Shown here: piece after piece, positions 33,401-42,400 of the stretch
Numbering within the stretch: position 1 is the first letter of the stretch
How the letters are laid out: each line of letters starts with the position of its first letter
Assembly (NCBI GenBank): GCA_965224485.1
Contig: CBDCZH010000019.1
Span: 32,001-96,000, forward strand
From: Arcobacteraceae bacterium
Lineage (GTDB): Bacteria > Campylobacterota > Campylobacteria > Campylobacterales > Arcobacteraceae
Direction: 5' to 3'
Length of the DNA stretch: 64,000 nucleotides
Position numbers and translations under genes: made by a program
The notes under the pieces: generated by a model
Seen by the model: the letters and a program-made list of their open reading frames with translations, nothing else
Database searches by the model: none
What the model was told of the DNA's origin: nothing

Positions 33401-36400
33401 CTCTCTCCAAGTGGGTTCCCATTTTCATCTATCTCATAATATCCAATAACATTATTAAAAGAAGCACTTTGTCCTACATAAGTAACATCATTATTAACAC
33501 CATTTACATCAATAACTAAAGTACTTTGAGAACTTGCACCCTTAGAATCTGTTACTACTATTTCAAGTTGTATTTTTTGATTTTGTGACTCATTTAACGA
33601 ATCATAAGAATCAGCATCAAAAGTATATGAACCATCCTCATTTAACACAAAACCTGTAGGAGCAATTGTTCCTTCTTTTAAAGCAAAGCTAAAACTATCA
33701 CCCTCTTCATCTACAGCTATAATTTTTCCTTGTATTGCACTATCTTCATCTACACTTTGAACACCTAAAGGTGTAATAACAGGAGCATCATTTACTTCTT
33801 TTACATTTAAGCTAACAGTAGCAGTACTTTGTTCTCCATTACCATCACTAATAGTATAAGTAAAACTAATTGCTCCACTATAATTTGCTTCAGGAACAAA
33901 AATTATATTTCCTGTTAAATCTACACTTACTTCACCATGAGTATCATCAGTTTTACTAACACTTACAATACTTAACTTATCACCATCTTCATCACTATCA
34001 TTTTGTAATAAGATAGAAGAATCAATATTTAAAACAGTATCTTCTATAGCTTCAACAATAGAATAATTATGCTCTGCTTGAATATAATTAATTGTAAAAC
34101 TTGACCAAGTTTCAGCACCATTAGTTTCATCCAATAATGAAAATTCTATTTTATCAAATGTTGCTTCAACATGAATCTTGTTTGTTGTAAGGTCATTATC
34201 CCCATCATTGTTTAAAGTATCACTTGCAACACTACCTCTTGCAACTTCAAGTCCATTTTCATAAGCAATCCATTGAACACTTGAACCTTCATCAAAACCA
34301 TGAGTTAAATGAGATACTCCAATATCTGCACTATGAATACTTGAGTCAAAATCCATTACAATTTTTTCATCATAATTAATTCTATTACTTTCTAAATAAT
34401 CAGATTCAGGACTTCCTGGTTTTGCATTCATTCCTAAACCAACATCTAAAACTCCATTTCCTGTAATACTATAATAAGCTAACTGACCAAGTTCTCCACC
34501 ACTATAACCAGAAATTGTCCCACTTAAATTTCCAACTTTAATTTGCATAGCACCATCTTGTGCTCCTGGTACTTCATTCCAAGCTGAAAAATCATAAACT
34601 TGATCTTTCGAACCTAACATTATTGTTTCAGTTCCAAAGTTATCATCTTGTGCAATAGGAGCATCATTTACTAAAATAGTTGTAGGAGTTGCAAGTGTAG
34701 TAATATTTGTAGAACTACCACTTGAAGTTAAAGAAATAGAAGGAAGAGTATTTCCAGCATCTAAGTATTCTTCACCTAAAGCTGTTAATTTAACCTCATT
34801 ACCATCAAGTATATAATAGTTTTCACTATTACTACCATCAGTAAATTCAGCTCTTACATTATTATCTTTATCATTTAAATCAAAAGTAGCAACAACAGAA
34901 CCTTCTTTGCTTAAATCTTCTGTAACTTCTTTAGCAGTTATTTTTAAAGTAGTAATGTCATCAGTTCCATGAACAGCTATACTAACACTTGCCGTATCAC
35001 TTCCTGCTTGTCCATCACTTACACTATAAGTGAAAGTAACAGTTTTACTCTCATTTGTATTTAAGCTATCAAACTCATCATTTGGTGTAAATTTAATTTT
35101 ATTATTTTCAATTACTGCTGTTCCAACTTCAATACCATTTAACATAACAGGACTTTGAACTTCTGTTATTTCTAAAGTATCTCCTGTAGCATCTTTATCA
35201 TTTCTTATAACATCAATAATAATTGTTTGATCTTCATAAATAGAAACACTATCATTTTTAGCGGTAACATCATTTCCAATAATATCAGGTAATTCAAAGT
35301 TAACATTTAAAACAACATCACCAAAATCAGCATCACCTAGGTTTGGTAAATCTTCAATATTAATATTAGTTCCACCTTTTCCATCAGTTGAAAATACAAA
35401 GTGATCTTTTCCATCTGCATTAAACTCAGGATTATCATGATACACAGGTTTAGTACTAGCACTTCCATTTATTAGTAAAACAGGTGTGTCTGAACTTGTA
35501 TCAAAAGTAATCACAGAGCTTTCATTTATTAGTCCTGCACCATTTGCAATAATAAAGAAACCATAATTTACATCTGGATCCATATCAGATAAATGCTCAC
35601 CTTTTTTCATACCATGTTGGTCATCAATTACAACATGAACTTCACCTGTAGGTTTTCCATTTGAATCTATTTCATAGTACCCTACTACATTTGCATATCC
35701 AGCTGCTTCACTTACATAAGTTAAATCATTATTAACACCAGTAACATCAACAATAACTCTTGATTCTCCACTATTACCAGAACTATCTTTTATTTGATAA
35801 TTAAATTCTAGACCACTTTCACTTCCTTCATTTAAGGCATCATATATATGTGAAGGTGTAAATTTAATTTGTTGGATTCCATCAACTGTAACAATTTCAA
35901 CTGTTCCTAATGCTTCTCCTTGTTTATTTACAGGTACGTCAACAGAAGTAATAATTGAACCTTCTTCATCATTAGCTAAAACATTTATAATAACTGTTCC
36001 ATCTTCATTTACTTGTGCATAATCTTCTTGTGCATGAGCTACTGTATCTGTAGTATTTGCTGGATCAACTATATTTGAAGTAATACCATTAGCATCAACT
36101 GTAAAGTTTGGTAAATCTGCTCCTGTATTTACTAAAGCAGCACCTGCTTGTGTTAATTGAACTTCTGGAACACCATTTACTTCTACAATTTTATAATTTA
36201 CAGTATCACTTAAGCTTAAAGTAATATCATCATCTTCATCACTTGCTTTTATACTAGCTACTTTAGCACCTTCTTTTGTAGATTTTTCTACAAAGTTTTC
36301 TTCAATAGCTGTTACTGTAATTACTGCATCATCATTAACTGTAGTTACACTTGGATCAAGTGTATTTGAAGTGATTCCATTTGCTTGTACTGTAAAGCTT

Positions 36401-39400
36401 GGTAAATCAGAACCTGAATTAACTAGTTCTGCTCCTTCTTTTGTTAATTGAACTTCTACTGTTCCATCTGTTAGTGTTACTAATTTATAGTTAGTTGTAT
36501 CACTTAAAGTTAAAGAAACATCATCATCTTCATCACTTGCAACAACTTTTGCAACAGTTTCACCTATTTTTGTATCATCTTCTGTGAAGTTTAATTTTAC
36601 TTCATTTAAAGTAATTTGTGCATCATCATTAACTGTAGTTACACTTGGATCAAGTGTATTTGAAGTGATTCCATTTGCTTGTACTGTAAAGCTTGGTAAA
36701 TCAGAACCTGAATTAACTAGTTCTGCTCCTTCTTTTGTTAATTGAACTTCTACTGTTCCATCTGTTAGTGTTACTAATTTATAGTTAGTTGTATCACTTA
36801 AAGTTAAAGAAACATCATCATCTTCATCACTTGCAACAACTTTTGCAACAGTTTCACCTATTTTTGTATCATCTTCTGTGAAGTTTAATTTTACTTCATT
36901 TAAAGTAATTTGTGCATCATCATTAACTGTAGTTACACTTGGATCAAGTGTATTTGAAGTGATTCCATTAGCTTGTACTGTAAAGCTTGGTAAATCAGAA
37001 CCTGAATTAACTAGTTCTGCTCCTTCTTTTGTTAATTGAACTTCTACTGTTCCATCTGTTAGTGTTACTAATTTATAGTTAGTTGTATCACTTAAAGTTA
37101 AAGAAACATCATCATCTTCATCACTTGCAACAACTTTTGCAACAGTTTCACCTATTTTTGTATCATCTTCTGTGAAGTTTAATTTTACTTCATTTAAAGT
37201 AATTTGTGCATCATCATTAACTGTAGTTACACTTGGATCAAGTGTATTTGAAGTGATTCCATTAGCTTGTACTGTAAAGCTTGGTAAATCAGAACCTGAA
37301 TTAACTAGTTCTGCTCCTTCTTTTGTTAATTGAACTTCTACTGTTCCATCTGTTAGTGTTACTAATTTATAGTTAGTTGTATCACTTAATTTTAAAGAAA
37401 CATCATCATCTTCATCACTTGCAACAACTTTTGCAACAGTTTCACCTGTTTTTGTATCATCTTCTGTGAAGTTTAATTTTACTTCATTTAAAGTAATTTG
37501 TGCATCATCATTAACTGTAGTTACACTTGGATCAAGTGTATTTGAAGTGATTCCATTTGCTTGTACTGTAAAGCTTGGTAAATCAGAACCTGAATTAACT
37601 AGTTCTGCTCCTTCTTTTGTTAATTGAACTTCTACTGTTCCATCTGTTAGTGTTACTAATTTATAGTTAGTTGTATCACTTAAAGTTAAAGAAACATCAT
37701 CATCTTCATCACTTGCAACAACTTTTGCAACAGTTTCACCTATTTTTGTATCATCTTCTGTGAAGTTTAATTTTACTTCATTTAAAGTAATTTGTGCATC
37801 ATCATTAACTGTAGTTACACTTGGATCAAGTGTATTTGAAGTGATTCCATTTGCTTGTACTGTAAAGCTTGGTAAATCAGAACCTGAATTAACTAGTTCT
37901 GCTCCTTCTTTTGTTAATTGAACTTCTACTGTTCCATCTGTTAGTGTTACTAATTTATAGTTAGTTGTATCACTTAAAGTTAAAGAAACATCATCATCTT
38001 CATCACTTGCAACAACTTTTGCAACAGTTTCACCTATTTTTGTATCATCTTCTGTGAAGTTTAATTTTACTTCATTTAAAGTAATTTGTGCATCATCATT
38101 AACTGTAGTTACACTTGGATCAAGTGTATTTGAAGTGATTCCATTAGCTTGTACTGTAAAGCTTGGTAAATCAGAACCTGAATTAACTAGTTCTGCTCCT
38201 TCTTTTGTTAATTGAACTTCTACTGTTCCATCTGTTAGTGTTACTAATTTATAGTTAGTTGTATCACTTAAAGTTAAAGAAACATCATCATCTTCATCAC
38301 TTGCAACAACTTTTGCAACAGTTTCACCTATTTTTGTATCATCTTCTGTGAAGTTTAATTTTACTTCATTTAAAGTAATTTGTGCATCATCATTAACTGT
38401 AGTTACACTTGGATCAAGTGTATTTGAAGTGATTCCATTTGCTTGTACTGTAAAGCTTGGTAAATCAGAACCTGAATTAACTAGTTCTGCTCCTTCTTTT
38501 GTTAATTGAACTTCTACTGTTCCATCTGTTAGTGTTACTAATTTATAGTTAGTTGTATCACTTAAAGTTAAAGAAACATCATCATCTTCATCACTTGCAA
38601 CAACTTTTGCAACAGTTTCACCTGTTTTTGTATCATCTTCTGTGAAGTTTAATTTTACTTCATTTAAAGTAATTTGTGCATCATCATTAACTGTAGTTAC
38701 ACTTGGATCAAGTGTATTTGAAGTGATTCCATTAGCTTGTACTGTAAAGCTTGGTAAATCAGAACCTGAATTAACTAGTTCTGCTCCTTCTTTTGTTAAT
38801 TGAACTTCTACTGTTCCATCTGTTAGTGTTACTAATTTATAGTTAGTTGTATCACTTAAAGTTAAAGAAACATCATCATCTTCATCACTTGCAACAACTT
38901 TTGCAACAGTTTCACCTATTTTTGTATCATCTTCTGTGAAGTTTAATTTTACTTCATTTAAAGTAATTTGTGCATCATCATTAACTGTAGTTACACTTGG
39001 ATCAAGTGTATTTGAAGTGATTCCATTTGCTTGTACTGTAAAGCTTGGTAAATCAGAACCTGAATTAACTAGTTCTGCTCCTTCTTTTGTTAATTGAACT
39101 TCTACTGTTCCATCTGTTAGTGTTACTAATTTATAGTTAGTTGTATCACTTAAAGTTAAAGAAACATCATCATCTTCATCACTTGCAACAACTTTTGCAA
39201 CAGTTTCACCTGTTTTTGTATCATCTTCTGTGAAGTTTAATTTTACTTCATTTAAAGTAATTTGTGCATCATCATTAACTGTAGTTACACTTGGATCAAG
39301 TGTATTTGAAGTGATTCCATTAGCTTGTACTGTAAAGCTTGGTAAATCAGAACCTGAATTAACTAGTTCTGCTCCTTCTTTTGTTAATTGAACTTCTACT

Positions 39401-42400
39401 GTTCCATCTGTTAGTGTTACTAATTTATAGTTAGTTGTATCACTTAAAGTTAAAGAAACATCATCATCTTCATCACTTGCAACAACTTTTGCAACAGTTT
39501 CACCTATTTTTGTATCATCTTCTGTGAAGTTTAATTTTACTTCATTTAAAGTAATTTGTGCATCATCATTAACTGTAGTTACACTTGGATCAAGTGTATT
39601 TGAAGTGATTCCATTTGCTTGTACTGTAAAGCTTGGTAAATCAGAACCTGAATTAACTAGTTCTGCTCCTTCTTTTGTTAATTGAACTTCTACTGTTCCA
39701 TCTGTTAGTGTTACTAATTTATAGTTAGTTGTATCACTTAAAGTTAAAGAAACATCATCATCTTCATCACTTGCAACAACTTTTGCAACAGTTTCACCTA
39801 TTTTTGTATCATCTTCTGTGAAGTTTAATTTTACTTCATTTAAAGTAATTTGTGCATCATCATTAACTGTAGTTACACTTGGATCAAGTGTATTTGAAGT
39901 GATTCCATTTGCTTGTACTGTAAAGCTTGGTAAATCAGAACCTGAATTAACTAGTTCTGCTCCTTCTTTTGTTAATTGAACTTCTACTGTTCCATCTGTT
40001 AGTGTTACTAATTTATAGTTAGTTGTATCACTTAATTTTAAAGAAACATCATCATCTTCATCACTTGCAACAACTTTTGCAACAGTTTCACCTGTTTTTG
40101 TATCATCTTCTGTGAAGTTTAATTTTACTTCATTTAAAGTAATTTGTGCATCATCATTAACTGTAGTTACACTTGGATCAAGTGTATTTGAAGTGATTCC
40201 ATTAGCTTGTACTGTAAAGCTTGGTAAATCAGAACCTGAATTAACTAGTTCTGCTCCTTCTTTTGTTAATTGAACTTCTACTGTTCCATCTGTTAGTGTT
40301 ACTAATTTATAGTTAGTTGTATCACTTAAAGTTAAAGAAACATCATCATCTTCATCACTTGCAACAACTTTTGCAACAGTTTCACCTATTTTTGTATCAT
40401 CTTCTGTGAAGTTTAATTTTACTTCATTTAAAGTAATTTGTGCATCATCATTAACTGTAGTTACACTTGGATCAAGTGTATTTGAAGTGATTCCATTAGC
40501 TTGTACTGTAAAGCTTGGTAAATCAGAACCTGAATTAACTAGTTCTGCTCCTTCTTTTGTTAATTGAACTTCTACTGTTCCATCTGTTAGTGTTACTAAT
40601 TTATAGTTAGTTGTATCACTTAATTTTAAAGAAACATCATCATCTTCATCACTTGCAACAACTTTTGCAACAGTTTCACCTGTTTTTGTATCATCTTCTG
40701 TGAAGTTTAATTTTACTTCATTTAAAGTAATTTGTGCATCATCATTAACTGTAGTTACACTTGGATCAAGTGTATTTGAAGTGATTCCATTAGCTTGTAC
40801 TGTAAAGCTTGGTAAATCAGAACCTGAATTAACTAGTTCTGCTCCTTCTTTTGTTAATTGAACTTCTACTGTTCCATCTGTTAGTGTTACTAATTTATAG
40901 TTAGTTGTATCACTTAAAGTTAAAGAAACATCATCATCTTCATCACTTGCAACAACTTTTGCAACAGTTTCACCTGTTTTTGTATCATCTTCTGTGAAGT
41001 TTAATTTTACTTCATTTAAAGTAATTTGTGCATCATCATTAACTGTAGTTACACTTGGATCAAGTGTATTTGAAGTGATTCCATTAGCTTGTACTGTAAA
41101 GCTTGGTAAATCAGAACCTGAATTAACTAGTTCTGCTCCTTCTTTTGTTAATTGAACTTCTACTGTTCCATCTGTTAGTGTTACTAATTTATAGTTAGTT
41201 GTATCACTTAAAGTTAAAGAAACATCATCATCTTCATCACTTGCAACAACTTTTGCAACAGTTTCACCTATTTTTGTATCATCTTCTGTGAAGTTTAATT
41301 TTACTTCATTTAAAGTAATTTGTGCATCATCATTAACTGTAGTTACACTTGGATCAAGTGTATTTGAAGTGATTCCATTAGCTTGTACTGTAAAGCTTGG
41401 TAAATCAGAACCTGAATTAACTAGTTCTGCTCCTTCTTTTGTTAATTGAACTTCTACTGTTCCATCTGTTAGTGTTACTAATTTATAGTTAGTTGTATCA
41501 CTTAATTTTAAAGAAACATCATCATCTTCATCACTTGCAACAACTTTTGCAACAGTTTCACCTGTTTTTGTATCATCTTCTGTGAAGTTTAATTTTACTT
41601 CATTTAAAGTAATTTGTGCATCATCATTAACTGTAGTTACACTTGGATCAAGTGTATTTGAAGTGATTCCATTAGCTTGTACTGTAAAGCTTGGTAAATC
41701 AGAACCTGAATTAACTAGTTCTGCTCCTTCTTTTGTTAATTGAACTTCTACTGTTCCATCTGTTAGTGTTACTAATTTATAGTTAGTTGTATCACTTAAT
41801 TTTAAAGAAACATCATCATCTTCATCACTTGCAACAACTTTTGCAACAGTTTCACCTGTTTTTGTATCATCTTCTGTGAAGTTTAATTTTACTTCATTTA
41901 AAGTAATTTGTGCATCATCATTAACTGTAGTTACACTTGGATCAAGTGTATTTGAAGTGATTCCATTAGCTTGTACTGTAAAGCTTGGTAAATCAGAACC
42001 TGAATTAACTAGTTCTGCTCCTTCTTTTGTTAATTGAACTTCTACTGTTCCATCTGTTAGTGTTACTAATTTATAGTTAGTTGTATCACTTAAAGTTAAA
42101 GAAACATCATCATCTTCATCACTTGCAACAACTTTTGCAACAGTTTCACCTATTTTTGTATCATCTTCTGTGAAGTTTAATTTTACTTCATTTAAAGTAA
42201 TTTGTGCATCATCATTAACTGTAGTTACACTTGGATCAAGTGTATTTGAAGTGATTCCATTAGCTTGTACTGTAAAGCTTGGTAAATCAGAACCTGAATT
42301 AACTAGTTCTGCTCCTTCTTTTGTTAATTGAACTTCTACTGTTCCATCTGTTAGTGTTACTAATTTATAGTTAGTTGTATCACTTAATTTTAAAGAAACA

